From Eledone cirrhosa (taxonomy: Eukaryota), in contig OZ024762.1 of assembly GCA_964016885.1 (NCBI GenBank), positions 27,838,001 to 27,902,000 of the forward strand: 64,000 bases of DNA. The letters are read 5' to 3'. The notes under the pieces are model-generated. The model had not been told where the DNA came from. It ran no database searches and saw only the letters and a program-made list of their open reading frames with translations. A program made the translations under genes and the position numbers. Position 1 is the stretch's first letter. Each line of letters opens with the position of its first letter. Shown here piece by piece: positions 63,325 through 64,000 of the stretch.

Positions 63325-63747
63325 ATAAAATATTAAATAAATAATGAATAAAACAATGAAACAGTTCCTTATATTAAACAAAAAAAGTTCATTATTTAAC
63401 GATCGTTTCTGGGATATATATGTGTTAGAATTGGCATGTATATTTAACAGATCTATGTACAAAATTATACAAAATTATACAAACTATCAAAATTAAATAT
63501 ACATACCAACACATATATATGCCGTCTTCAGAAATTATTTCTGAAGACGGCATATATATGTGTTGGTATGTATATTTGATTTTGATAGTTTGTATAATTT
63601 TGTATAATTTTGTACATAGATCTGTTAAATATACATGCCAATTCTAACACATATATATCCCAGAAACGATCGTTAACTAATGAGCTTTTTTTGTTTAATA
63701 TAAGGAACTGTTTCATTGTTTTATTCATTATTTTTTTAATATTTTAT
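63325..63747. repeat. Long palindrome (~210-bp arms, 1-nt centre) of a pLTR related to the 29182 element; contains an extended hammerhead at 63534-63681
   Basis: 63325-63535 is the reverse complement of 63537-63747; CUGAAGA begins 5 nt after the centre. Confidence 0.92.
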
Positions 63748-64000
63748 ATATATATATATATATAATATATATATATACTCTTAAGCAACACACAGTAATG
63801 TTTATAGAATATCATTTTTACATTACCTTATCAATGTTGTTATGTCAGTAAGTGTTGGAAGTGAGTTTTTGAGACAATATCTTACAGCTGGATGCTCTTC
63901 CTGACACCGATTGTTTTAGTTCTTTCATACAGCGTGCAGGGATAGGGTGTCCCTATTCTAAACCGGATACACACCGCCTAAATATATATATACATTCCCG

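Overview
Eukaryotic (metazoan) repeat-dominated DNA with no identifiable host gene. The SINE/RTE/Penelope repertoire and extreme (TA)n/(CAT)n content suggest an octopus/cephalopod genome (inference). Contents: two tandem Tx1/L1-type LINEs sitting in (GATA)n (one with an intact 1145-aa ORF2), several RTE LINEs of two subfamilies plus RTEX, CR1 and CRE-like fragments, two degenerate Naiad-type Penelope-like elements (PLEs) and one internally deleted one, a dead DD37D (maT) Tc1/mariner transposon, TTAA-targeting MITEs, three tRNA-derived SINE families, mini/microsatellites and a 200-N gap. The most notable signal, found by eye, is about 20 type I hammerhead-ribozyme-like motifs from many unrelated PLE pseudo-LTR families. 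Several carry 80-140 nt structured stem II insertions, and several lie at the apex of long fold-back palindromes. All pairings and coordinates were read manually and need computational confirmation.
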